The notes beneath the pieces are model-generated. The model was given only the letters and a program-made list of their open reading frames with translations. It was not told the DNA's origin and searched no databases. A stretch of DNA of 60,538 nucleotides, the filler included, from Sphacelaria rigidula (Eukaryota), in the NCBI GenBank assembly GCA_964200075.2. It is 9 parts of 9 records of this genome, joined end to end, with 100 filler letters (N's around TTAATTAATTAA, not from the genome) between each part and the next. Parts side by side here need not be neighbours in the genome. Positions count along the whole stretch, not along the records: positions 20,215 to 26,852 come from CAXNAA020018915.1; positions 26,953 to 33,590 come from CAXNAA020018916.1; positions 33,691 to 40,327 come from CAXNAA020018917.1; 6 more parts are not named here. The stretch is one strand, 5' to 3'. Positions 24,223-34,963 of the stretch are shown one piece after another. The stretch's first letter is position 1; each line of letters starts with the position of its first letter. The position numbers were made by a program, and so were the translations under genes.

Positions 24223-24469
24223 CTGCCGATAAAGTACAAAGACATGCCATCAATCACACGCAAGTGGAACAACAGGAGCATCTGGATGTGCCACAGATAT
24301 GCGCACGGAAGCCGACTTCGAGTTATATCTTGCTCATTTAATTCTTCGCAAGGTCGTGGATTCTCGAGTAGCAGGCCTTTCTCTTACCACGCCACAGTAA
24401 TTTTCACGTACTCCACCTCTCCTCTTCTTTGCCGTGCCCACCCACCTAAGAGTGAGTAACGTAGATATC

Positions 24470-24692
24470 TGTAATGCTTGAGAGGACCGCGTGCTTAGAG
24501 GACCGCTCCGTAGTTCAAAATACCTCAGGATCGACGTTTTTTAAAACCAATCGAGTCAGTCATTGCAGGTACCACGCCCCTGACCCTAACCCCAACACTA
24601 ACCCCAACACTAACCCTAACCCTAGCCCTAACCATAGGGGTGTTCAAATTCCGGCGCGGTCCTCTAAGCACGTGGCCCTCTCACGCATTACA
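24470..24692. mobile_element. MITE with 37-bp TGT...ACA TIRs, 5-bp TSD and internal CCCTAA-like repeats (Ginger2/TDD-like)
   Basis: TIR TGTAATGC.TGAGAGGACCGCGTGCTTAGAGGACCGC; flanked by ATATC on both sides. Confidence 0.85.
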
Positions 24693-25430
24693 ATATCGCT
24701 CCTCTTCCCCTGTTTGCGGGAAGGAGATCTCGGGTTGTACAAAGGTGATTGTTCCGAAATTCTACGATGATGATGATGGCGGTGCGCGAACGTGGTCAGC
24801 AGACTATAAGGAAGGGTCAAGTTTCCATAGTCGTGACACAAGTGCACTCCGCACAGTGTAGCAATGAGCGTACCTGTGCCTCGTAGTCTGGGGTTGAGAA
24901 TGGTGATCGCGCTTGTGATAGTCGCCATGATATAAGCCTCTGGTCCGCACCCGGCGCGTTGTTTCTGCAGTTTCCGCGGGTGCTCTCACGCACAACGTCA
25001 AACGCAACTAGCCGCAGAGAGCTGTCCTGTCAGAGCAGGGTGAAGCACTATATCCACCCCTATCGTCGTTGGAGAGGTATCTTCCAAACCATGTACAATG
25101 TAGCCCTTCACTGGAGCTGACGTGCTGCGCGAAAGATGAGCGAGCGTCCAACTTTTTTATTTTGTGTTATCACCCCCTCAAAATGGTATGGGGAGGAATT
25201 GACGAGCTTGTGAAGGAAGTATACCGCATCGTCGGCGATCCGTATCGAATCTTTTATAATAGAGTTTCATACGGGAAGGGGTTTATACGATCTCGTGGAC
25301 CACAGCGCACAAGCTATCAGCGATAAATACGCGGGAACGGAAAGAAGCACGCGAAGCTCTTGAAAAGACAAAAGTGTCATTCTCCAACGGTGCCTGGAAG
25401 CCCAGAGCTGCAATCATTTCGGTGATCATA

Positions 25431-25814
25431 CTGTGAAGAATTGACAAAACAGACACGGTTCCGTGATACTTCTACCAACAAATTACACACGTGTGATCGA
25501 AACGGTCATGATACTGTTGTGAATAAATCAAAGAGTTGTCACCACCGTCTCGCTGACCATTCTGTGAACATTCCCCAAAATTGTCACCAAACGGGGATAC
25601 TGTTACTACAGTAACTGTCGTGATGAATTGATTGGCAGAAATACCACCGAAACGGTAATAAGTTTGTGAACAAACAATCCACTAAAAGGTTGCCCTTCCA
25701 GTAATACTTGAGTAAATCCAGGTTCACAAAACTATCACCGTTTCGGTGATGCTTATATGAATATTTCACGAAGAAAACCACCGAAACGGTGACAGTTTTG
25801 TGATTTCCTCACAG
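25431..25814. mobile_element. TA-flanked MITE (Tc1/mariner-type) with ~35-bp imperfect TIRs and internal CACCGAAACGGT repeats
   Basis: TA|CTGTGAAGAATTGACAAAAC... and ...GTTTTGTGATTTCCTCACAG|TA. Confidence 0.65.
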
Positions 25815-26148
25815 TACGGTGGTAGTAGGGCAGGTTCAAACGCCCAACCAGCCTTGGGTTCAGCACACAGTATGCAAGTCTAAACTAAATATGTGAATGC
25901 GGTTCCTCATGTTCCCAACTTCACTGCCATGTCGCTGACTGACTCCATCAACGAGCATTACCGCCTGCATCAGTGTCACGGAAAATAGAAATACACCTTA
26001 AGTTGTGCGGTAGAGTTCGAACGTTTCTTTACTCGACTAAAGCACAGAAGCCCAACCACGGTGCGGTCGAGTCTTGGGCTAAAGGTAGGGCAGCTTTTCT
26101 AGGGAAAAGCCATTTCCGAGTCGCGACTACTACAGCCGCGATTCGACT

Positions 26149-26590
26149 ACCTGTCCGCGTTCGTCCCATGTATCTGATTTGCATGGACACCACAACATCC
26201 GGAATACACTCACACAGTCCGTAGCAATCGTTCAAGCCCATCGTAGGGTGCAAACCACCTTACAGCGGACGAGAAACGCGCCTGCTACACACAGTGCGAA
26301 GAAATACCGCCGCCGGACTGGGCATGGACATAGCTCATGTCCAAGTCCAGCGAGTGGAATACCTGTCCGCGCTTGTCTCATGTGCCGTGTATTGACACCA
26401 CAACACCCGCAATCCACTCACACGATTCGTGTCCATCCTTCAAGCCACCGCACGGTGAAAACGGCTCCATGGCGGGCGCGAATCGCGCCCACTACACAAT
26501 GCCAAGAAATACCGCTGCATCCGACTCGACTTGGATCGCCATTTAACAGCACCTGTGAGCGCTCGTCTCATGTGCCTCGTGTGTTGGCCG
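26149..26590. repeat. Diverged ~200-bp tandem repeat (2 units plus start of a third)
   Basis: ACCTGTCCGCG..GTC.CATGT at ~26150 and ~26361 and a variant at ~26551; GACACCACAACA.CCG.AAT.CACTCACAC and AAGAAATACCGC repeated. Confidence 0.7.
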
Positions 26591-26803
26591 TGTAATGCGT
26601 GAGAGGACCGCGTGCTTAGAGGACCGCTCCGTAGTTCAAAACACCTCAGAATCGATGTTTTCCAAAACCAATCGGGTCAGTCCCTGCAGGTACCACGCCC
26701 CTGACCACAACCCCCACACTAACCCTAACCCTATAACCCTAACCATGGGAATGTTCAAATTCCGATGCGGTCCTCTAAGCACGCGGTCCTCTCACGCATT
26801 ACA
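26591..26803. mobile_element. Second copy of the TGT...ACA MITE, inserted into the tail of a SINE
   Basis: Same 37-bp TIRs; flanks GGCCG/GGTCG; followed directly by SINE sequence TCCCATCTATTCTG. Confidence 0.85.
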
Positions 26804-27470
26804 GGTCGTCCCATCTATTCTGAACGCCGGTCTATACCTTTCGGTATATGCGNNNNNNNNNNNNNNNNNNNNNNNNNNNNNNNNNNNNNNNNNNNNTTAA
26901 TTAATTAANNNNNNNNNNNNNNNNNNNNNNNNNNNNNNNNNNNNNNNNNNNNGTGAGGCCAGTGGATTCTGGAGAAGTCCCTCACTGAATAGCCCTCTTG
27001 TCCAGATCGTCTGGCAGAGGCTATAAATACCAGATTGGGTCGATATCGGCAGGGTATGAGAGCTCCCAAATACCGGTGCCGGGTACCTACCTTACCTCCG
27101 GTGTCTGTGCATTCTTGCACAACGCTGGCACAATGCGGGAATAACGACGACAACCTTTTCCACTCCAATCTCCATTTGATTTGCGAATCTGAATCGTGAT
27201 ACGTGATCCAAGGCTCCACTACCCCTCTCAGACATACGCAACATGCATGTGGGCAGAGTTGACAAGTATACATCGCTCGTTTTCCTCGAAATCCGTCTGC
27301 AAATCGAATATCCGAATAACGTCCAGACATATATCCGGATATCCGCCACCTTTTTCACTCCGCGGATTGATCCGGATACGGTTGCCGAAAATCCGAAATC
27401 CGCTCTCCTTTTGAAAACTTCAAACTTCAAACGGAGCACATTTCTAGTGTGTGTGTGTTGCGTGTGTATT

Positions 27471-27920
27471 GCCGTCCCATCTATTCTGGACGCCGGTCTA
27501 CACCTTTCGGTATATGTGGGCGCACCAGCCGGGGTCACACAGGAGGAAAGCAAACACAGGATTTTTTCGTGTTTGGTTTCGTTCTCCACCTTCCTTTGGC
27601 GGTGCTTGCCTTTTAATTTTTTATTCGCGAGAGGGCCCGCGGATCCAGCAGTCCCTCTCCATCGTCGACCGCCCCCCTCCGGTATTCACGGACTACCGAG
27701 AGGGCCCGCGGATCCAGCAGTTGTGTGTGTATTGTCGTCCCATCTATTCTGGACGCCGGTCTATACCTTTTGGTATACTGTATGTGGGCGCACCAGCCGG
27801 GGTCACACAGGAGAAAAGCAAACACCGGATTTTTTTGCGTTTAGTTTCGTTCTCCACCTTCCTTTGGCGGTGCTTGTCTTTTTATTTTTCAATCGCGAGA
27901 GGGCCCGCGGATCCAGCAGT
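27471..27920 (-). mobile_element. Two tandem 5'-truncated SINE copies with (CA)-rich tails
   Basis: Direct repeat of GTCCCATCTATTCTGGACGCCGGTCTA...CACCTTCCTTTGGCGGTGCTTG...GAGAGGGCCCGCGGATCCAGCAGT; each preceded on + by a TG-rich run. Confidence 0.75.
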
Positions 27921-28496
27921 CAATCTGAGAAGTCGACAAGCCCGAGCTAAGCGTTGACGCGAAAGCTGTCGGTAGTCGCTGCCAAAATACACTTGAAGAT
28001 GCGTACAGTGCTTGGCGACCTCGTCACAACAACAATAATTGCTGGTGAGCATGACACGCGCTTTGAAAAGGCACATACATGAAACTCGATATACTAGATT
28101 ATGACGGCGCGGTACATCACAACGGTACCTCCAAACAAAGAAGAGACGAGCCGCATGGCCACGATTTTGCACCATGTCATCGAGAGCAATGGTGCAACGG
28201 TTCATGAACTCTAACGGAACGACAGCAGTGTAGTATTGCTGCTGCGCGGCACGAGCAGACTACCCATTGTCGTTCACGCCGTCTTCTAGCTGAACATACG
28301 CACACGAGGCTGTATACTCGTACACACACGACGCTGGCAATAGCGTGGGGTTGCACCAAAAGCAACGGCTTGTGCGCACCGAGCACTCAAAACCTCACCC
28401 GACACAACAAAGCGAACGGTGATACCATGGCGGCGGCAGGAAGGTTGCCTGCTGCGATGTCAAGCGTTGCTATTTCGTGACTGGTACCCACGTCCG

Positions 28497-28956
28497 GTAG
28501 CTCATCCAGGACAAACACGCGTAGCTCATGTAGCTCTCATAGCTCATCGAGGGCAAACGTGCGTAGCTCATGTATTTCTCATAGCTCATTGAGGGCAAAC
28601 ATGCGTAGCTCGTGTTGCCCCCATAGTTCACCATCCAGGGCAAACATGCGCAACTCATGTAGCTCCCATACGAGTAGCTCACCCAGGGCAAATGTTTTTT
28701 CAGCTCCTACAGCTCTCATGCCCCCCCCAGGGCGAGATGCTCCGTCTCGAAAGGGATGCGTGGTCAATGGTCAAATGACTAAGGCAAGCAACAAATGAGA
28801 ACGCCCCCAGGGCGAGTGTGGGTTGATGAGCTACGGGTTGGCAACTCACCCGGGGCAAGCATGCGTAGCTCATGTAGCGCTTATAGCTCACTAGGGAGCT
28901 ACGCTCAAAAGGGGCTATAATATAGCTCGATCGAGCTATTATGGGGCGCTGATCTA
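28497..28956. repeat. Second ~42-bp tandem array, interrupted by a retroposon insertion
   Basis: Same unit and terminal sequence as 17556-18060. Confidence 0.8.
28737..28803 (+). mobile_element. C-tract-associated retroposon, subfamily A, with 13-bp TSD
   Basis: Flanked by CCCCCAGGGCGAG at 28724-28736 and 28804-28816. Confidence 0.9.
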
Positions 28957-28957
28957 A

Positions 28958-29369
28958 CAGCCTGGATCCGTTTTTGAGGTTCAACATTTTAATGAGTTTC
29001 AACTCGAAAACAGTGCTTTCCCTGACATAAAGTCATGATCAATGAATTTCACATGGACAACCTCATGCCCCCCGACCTCCATAGAACTATTTTTGGGGGT
29101 GGCCCGTCTTCCGTGCCCCAAAGCGTATGTGCGAAAACACCTTTTCACCTCGATATCGGGGCGAAAAGGGGGACGTTCTTAGCCCGAAATTGGTGCTCTC
29201 GCGCTTTGGGGGCACGGAAGACGGGCAACCCCGAAAATGCTTTTAAGGAGGTCGGGGGGCATGAGGTCGTCCATGTGAAATTCATTGGTCATGACTTTAG
29301 GTCAGGGAAAGCATTGTTTTCGAGTTGAAACTCATTAAAATGTTGAACCCTAAGAACGGACCCAGGCCC
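28958..29369. mobile_element. Fold-back MITE with ~165-bp near-perfect arms (PIF/Harbinger-like ends)
   Basis: GGTTCAACATTTTAATGAGTTTCAACTCGAAAACA...CCCGTCTTCCGTGCCCC and its reverse complement; right end CCAGGCCC|TTA, left flank TAA. Confidence 0.85.
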
Positions 29370-29824
29370 TTATCTGTCGGACGTGTGGACCATTGGAGGA
29401 GCATTTTCGCCTTGACTGTGTGCATTCAATTTCATATATTTTCTCTCTGTCCTTGTTGTAAAACGAGGAGCCACTCGTGACTCACCTTTCATCTTGCGCT
29501 GTGGAGACAGGTCTTGACCATCGTCGTGGAGAAAAACGTGATGAGCGGTAATTGATTGACACACTAATGCGAATACGCAAGATAAGGTTTTTTGAAAAGT
29601 GCGATCAAATTGATATCTGTTTCGGAGTCATGCTACGATAGGGGGGGGGGTCGTTTCGGGCCGTTTTCTTCCGCGAAATTCAACTCCAATCGCCGTTGAA
29701 AGCAGCCAACACTTGTTCGAACGCGCTTGGTCCCCCCGATAAATAACGCTCAGCCGTACTGCTTTGCAGCGCTATTGCCCAAATACAAGCGCACTGCGAG
29801 TGTTTCAGGTTGTTTGACGCATCT

Positions 29825-30532
29825 GAGCAATGCTACGGTAGGGGTGCATTTTTTGCGCGAATTTCTGTCTGATTCAGGGGCTCCCAACGATCCTAGATGC
29901 ACAAGAATATGGGTCGGGGCATCCCCGTTTGCAAATTCATTCGGGATATCCCTAGCACATTGGCATCGTAATCCTGGCGTACTCTCACATATTTCATAAG
30001 TCGTGTTTTGGATGAAATTGAGGGCTCCTAACAATTCAAACCTCCGAAAACAAATGTGCGCCCCTACCGTAGTGTCATAAAGAGGGAGTAGCTAATGCAC
30101 TGGCTGGGGTCTCTCAGTATGAGTGCCAGGAGATACCATGGTGCCAACCCACCAAGCTCCCATGTCGGCAACCTCACACAGACCTAGCTATCCCTCCTTG
30201 ACTTTCACAAAGTAGATTCATTCATGTTCAGACTCTTGATAAGGAACTCACGTGTTTGCTTAGCATCATGTTTTATCTATAAGTCTCTCTTACTCAGAAC
30301 AGCCGCAGGGCAGCCATAGGAGCAGAGCGTAGTGATAGCCCAGGGTAGAGACCAAGGCAAGCCGGTAACTGATCAAGATGGGGCGACGCGGCCTGCGGCC
30401 GCGGATGAACAACCCTAACTAATGACAGTAGCAAACGCGATAACACCGCATCACGGGATCCAGGGTCTACGGGCAGACCCGCACAGAGTATATCTTGCAA
30501 TACCTCTGAGCTTCATCACAGTAGCATCGCTC
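29825..30532. mobile_element. MITE with GAG...CTC termini and 4-bp TSD (Sola2-like), right TIR split by a solo LTR
   Basis: ATCT|GAGCAATGCTACGGTAGGGGTGCA ... CCCCTACCGTAG[insert]CATCGCTC|ATCT; sister copy at 30607-30873. Confidence 0.8.
30073..30520. mobile_element. Probable solo LTR (448 bp, TG...CA, 4-bp TSD GTAG)
   Basis: GTAG|TGTCATAAG...CTTCATCACA|GTAG; removing it restores the host TIR. Confidence 0.75.
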
Positions 30533-30606
30533 ATCTATGATAACATTGTTTCGTGGAATTGAACACCCCCCTCCCCTATCGTAGCATAGCTTCGGTATAC
30601 AAACGT

Positions 30607-30873
30607 GGGCAATGCTGCAGTAAGGGTGCACTTTTTGTGCCAAATCGCGTCTAGTTCAGGGGCTCGTGACGACTCTAGATGCACAATAATATCGGTGAGG
30701 CCATTCTCGCTTCCAAATTCATTCAGGATATACATATTATAGCACATTGTAATCATAGCAACCATGGCGGCGTACTCTCACATATTTCATGAGTCGTATT
30801 TTGGATGAGATGAAGGGCTCCTGACAATTCTAACCTTGAAAAATATTTGTGCACCCCTACCGTAGCATCACTC
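30607..30873. mobile_element. Uninterrupted sister Sola2-like MITE with ACGT TSD
   Basis: ACGT|GGGCAATGCTGCAGTAAGGGTGCA...TGCACCCCTACCGTAGCATCACTC|ACGT; internal homology to 29825-30072. Confidence 0.8.
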
Positions 30874-32049
30874 ACGTGTAGATCCTCCTGATAAGCTATG
30901 GTGGAGCTGTGTCAAACAAGACTGTACGTGTCACCCTAGCGCGAAATATCAATCATGGGGCCTTCTATAAAAAAAGGGTCAAAATTTTAAAGTCATAACC
31001 CACTGCAGCACGAAGACTGCCCTGTTTTTCCTCTCTGTGTTTTCTTACTCTCCACATTTCACGCCCCCTCCCACCCGCCCCCCTCCGCGAGCGCTCGCCC
31101 TCTCGTGAGCATCTTTACACATTGTGTCTACACGGCCTTAATTTACGCCCAGCCTCCACGTGTTACGCTTGTACCCGCCTCCTGGGAACAAAAATAATCC
31201 ATCACCCTGCATGGTGTCAAAGCAATAGTCCAACGGATGATTAATTATACATACTGAATGCTGCCTCGTGCTTTAGAATCAATCGCGTATTTTACTACTA
31301 ATATGTTCGTGCGGCCGTGGGATTGACATGGTTTGTTTGATCCTTCAATCGCTGGTTTCCGGAGCGAAACCGTACGCTCTCGCACCATCCCCGAGTCTCC
31401 TCAACTTCATTGTGTCACCGCTTGTGTTTTTTTTCAGGGCCGATATTGTTGGCGGTCCTTACTCCATGAATGATGGTTCAGCAAGTTCGAGTGTCAAAAG
31501 GCAATCAAGGACGGGAGGTTGTTGTACCGCCCTGCATCTTTACCCGTCTTTCGTCGACTCCATGGCTGATGCCAACTCTCCTCACGCTCCCCGTTGATTC
31601 CATACCGTCGTGTCAACTCGCTAGAGCAAGATGTCCTTCATCACGCAGCGCCTGGGCGCCAAGAACCCTTCCCTTCAATACGCGTGTGACACAAGGTGCT
31701 GTTTTGGTGTTGCTTTGATTCGGGACGTGCTCGCGGAGGAAGCTTTGCACAACGTGAACATACGCTGCCGCCAGCTAATGCCTTCATATATCCCCCACCC
31801 GAAATCACAACAACACGCCTTACCTCATCGCTTCGATCACTGTGTTCACTGTGCTCAACGTGTTGGATTCTGTAGTGCGAGTGACTTGGTTGTAGTGGAA
31901 GCAAATGGAGGCGGCATGAAATCGTGTCGTACAGTAAATAGCAGCGGCGAAATAATCGCTATGCTGGGAGATAGATGATGTCCACAGACGGCGAAACAGG
32001 TGGGGGGTGAGACAAGGGCGGTCTGTCAAAAATGTATTTCGGGACACGT

Positions 32050-32480
32050 AGGCCCCAATATCGAAAATTCGAATTTTTGAGGGGGAGGTGGGGGGACACC
32101 CAGCCTGCTGTCCCCTAGTTTTATTGCTGAGGCGTTGACGGATGCGGTCAGCTGCCGTGTACACATGCGCTTGACATGGAGACCGCTGAGATGACGGACA
32201 CACCGCCCCTCCAAACTCATCACCTACCATGATTACATCTATGGGATCATGTTCCGTGTCGTGTGCCTCGACTGCCCACCACTAGTACTCCAGGCAAGTA
32301 TGGCGAGGCGTGAGATAATGTTGCTACCTTGTCTGCAGGCTGTCGCTACCGTGCGCTCATGTATCGTACACAGATGTGTGTGAGCGTTGCCGGCATCCGA
32401 CGTCATCGGGACAGGGCGGGCAAGGAGCAGAAGCAAATATACGAACCTCGCAAAGCCCGCCAGACTTATCGATTTTGTCA
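32050..32480 (+). repeat. Dispersed repeat also present at ~60237-60450; this copy carries an extra ~200 bp
   Basis: Shared GGCCCCAA.ATCGAAAA..., GCGTTG.CGGATGCGGTCAGCTGCC and GCGGGCAAGGAGC.GAAGCAAAT. Confidence 0.7.
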
Positions 32481-32514
32481 GTATTTTTTTATCCATTTAT
32501 TTCAAAAACATCAT

Positions 32515-32515
32515 C

Positions 32516-32586
<71 letters not shown>
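32515..32586. repeat. (CAA)24 microsatellite
   Basis: Perfect run. Confidence 0.97.
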
Positions 32587-32635
32587 CCACAGATTCATGA
32601 CAACTTTCGATTCATTGTCCTCCGGGAGGGGGGGA

Positions 32636-33590
32636 GCGTACTCATTCATTGCTTGCGTCAGTCGTATGACCATTGACCGCGCATCCTTTTCGAGACGGAG
32701 CGCCGTTCCTACTCCTACTAGAGACACGTTCAACATTCCGGGAGGGAAAGGGGGGGGGGCTCCGTGTCCGAAATTTACCTCTCGACAGGCCCTTCGGGGA
32801 GAGCGTAAAAGATCTCTTGTGTACTGTACAGGAAAAACGTTATGAGCGCCGAAGCGTTAGAGTGGTCTCTATTGGGAGTAGGGGCGGTGCTCCGCCTCGA
32901 AAGTGATGCGTGGTCATTGGTTCAGTGACCAAGGCAAGCAACAGATGAATACCCCCGCCCCACACGCCGGCGTGATCCGTCCCGGGTTTATAGGGACGGA
33001 CCCCTACGGGGTTGGGATCAGTTGGCAAGGGCGCTGTAAAACACGCCACTTAATGCGTAAGCCATGCAATCAGGTTCTCGATGTTTTTGCGCGCCTGCTG
33101 TTTTCTTTTACAGTAGTTATGATGGAGATCGAGATAGATCATCTCGTGCGGGGTGGGAGAACCTCGATTCCGCGGAAAGGAGATGATCATACTATGTGGC
33201 ATTTAATGGTGAGACACCCATAAGGCAGTGTGGAACCCGACGCTGTCTCTGGAAGTGATGATACCTGAAAATGAAGCAACTCGTCGGAGAGTGTCATCCA
33301 GATACAAGATAATCAGTACGCTGCCGGCCGAACAGTCGTAGACGGACTCAGCTCACCCTTCATGCGACTCGCCGAACACATCACGGTGCTTCGCGCTTGC
33401 TAATTCATTGCGAGCCTTGTTGTCCGGCGAAAACCCGGCGTGCTCCGTCCTGGCTTTGTAGGGATACGAGGTCAATGGTCATGTATCGACGACATGCAGA
33501 ATTGTAGACATAACCCCCCCCCCAGTAATGAGCGCCAGAATGTTGGAGGTGCCTCTATTAGGAGTAGGAACGGTGCTCCGTCTCGAAAGG
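32636..33590. mobile_element. Cluster of C-tract-associated retroposon copies: A 32636-32736 (-), A 32842-32960 (+), B fragment 32966-33000, B 33354-33523 (+), A 33528-33590 (+)
   Basis: Shared 3' module; longer 5' extensions (ATGAGCGCC...CTCTA.T.GGAGTAGG); TSD-like TCCGGGAGGG at 32621-32630 and 32737-32746. Confidence 0.75.
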
Positions 33591-33690
33591 NNNNNNNNNN
33601 NNNNNNNNNNNNNNNNNNNNNNNNNNNNNNNNNNTTAATTAATTAANNNNNNNNNNNNNNNNNNNNNNNNNNNNNNNNNNNNNNNNNNNN

Positions 33691-34150
33691 CCGAAGCCCA
33701 CTGACTATCTTGCATTTGGATGACAGCCAACAGTGAGTTGCTTTATTCTGTGGTATCGCCACTTCCCGAGACAGCCACGGCTTTGACCTACCTCATGATT
33801 GTCTCACCAGCAGAGCGTAAAGGGGGGGAGGTATGGATAGCAGATAGTGGGTCATCATGCATGCCCCCCCTGTGGAGGAGAGGGTGCACGGCTATATCGA
33901 GACCGACGGCAGAGTAAACTTGACCATCGCACATGGTTCACCACTTTTCATCTAGGGGTATAAGAGCTTAGGGTTACTATTCCCGAACGAGGGACGTGAG
34001 TTCAGACTTCACCTTGTAAAAGTAGCGCACGGACGCATTCTGGACTTTAACTTTTTCTCACTCAGAGTTCTGGCCGACAACGACCATCCAGGATGTTCAG
34101 GAAGCGAACAGTCTACCCATTGAGCCAGGGAGAGCTCACTAGTTCAATGG
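33691..34150 (+). mobile_element. Ty1/copia protease-region relic
   Basis: GGEVWIADSGSSCM (copia aspartic protease WxxDSG motif) with downstream frameshifts. Confidence 0.7.
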
Positions 34151-34526
34151 GTACAACTGTTTGCTTCCTCAACAAAAAATATGCTGTGTGGTCCGTCCCA
34201 GCATGACATATCACCTCATACATCTCACACCCTCCCATGGTCCTGCTCAGTATCAACGAACTAACGAACCGTTCATAACTTTATTACCAAGAACTGAGTA
34301 AGAAAACCCGGTCCTGCCGGGAAAAAAAACTATTTAGCCGCGCACAGGCGCCGCAGAATCACGTGCCAAGCAATAAAAAAATAAACGCCGGAATCCCCTC
34401 CTCAACAGGTCTCACATGCTAGCCCTTTTGCGTAGAAGACTCTTCGCGTCGTTCAGTACAAAAAAATCACTCCAAAACAAAATCGATGAAATGTAAAGTA
34501 GCAAACACATATGTGAACCACTCAGC

Positions 34527-34770
34527 CTACTTGATGTTCATAATGAAATCCCTGTGGTACTCGAAACTTAGTCTAGGCAAAGACTTGGTCACTATGTCAG
34601 CGTGTTGCTCTCCTGAACGAATCCTCTCGAACCGAATCTTACCATCACCAACTGGTTCACGCAGAAAATGATGGCGTACATCAATATGTTTACTCCGACC
34701 ACTACTCAGCGGGTTGTTGGCCTTTTGAAAGGCAACCTAGTTATCTTCGAACACCGTAGCGCTCTTTTCT
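34527..34770 (-). mobile_element. Ty1/copia RNase H C-terminus relic
   Basis: VFEDN*VAFQKANNPLSSGRSKHIDVRHHFLRE...QHADIVTKSLPRLSFEYHRDFIMNIK*. Confidence 0.9.
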
Positions 34771-34963
34771 CCTCTGCTTCCTGATAGGCTATTCATCTTC
34801 CTTCTGGAAAGGTGGCCTGCAAGCGTGTGCGGGTGCGTTCAACAATACATCTATGTCTTAAAATCACCTTCGTCTTATCCTGTATTACACTGCGCGGCAC
34901 TTGTACAAGACTATCGACTCATTAAAAAACGCTAGCTAGTGCTCAATCGATTGATTCGCTAGT

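Larger units (their letters stand above)
29625..30590. mobile_element. Outer MITE of a nested stack (GAG..ATGCTACGATAGGGG TIR family)
   Basis: GAGTCATGCTACGATAGGGG vs CCCCTATCGTAGCATAGC; TTCG on both flanks; the same TIR recurs near 47205-47229. Confidence 0.6.

Noticed and set aside
32329..32845. Poly-Q/N/T/L ORFs (also poly-L at 9378-9629)
   Set aside because: Read-through of microsatellites
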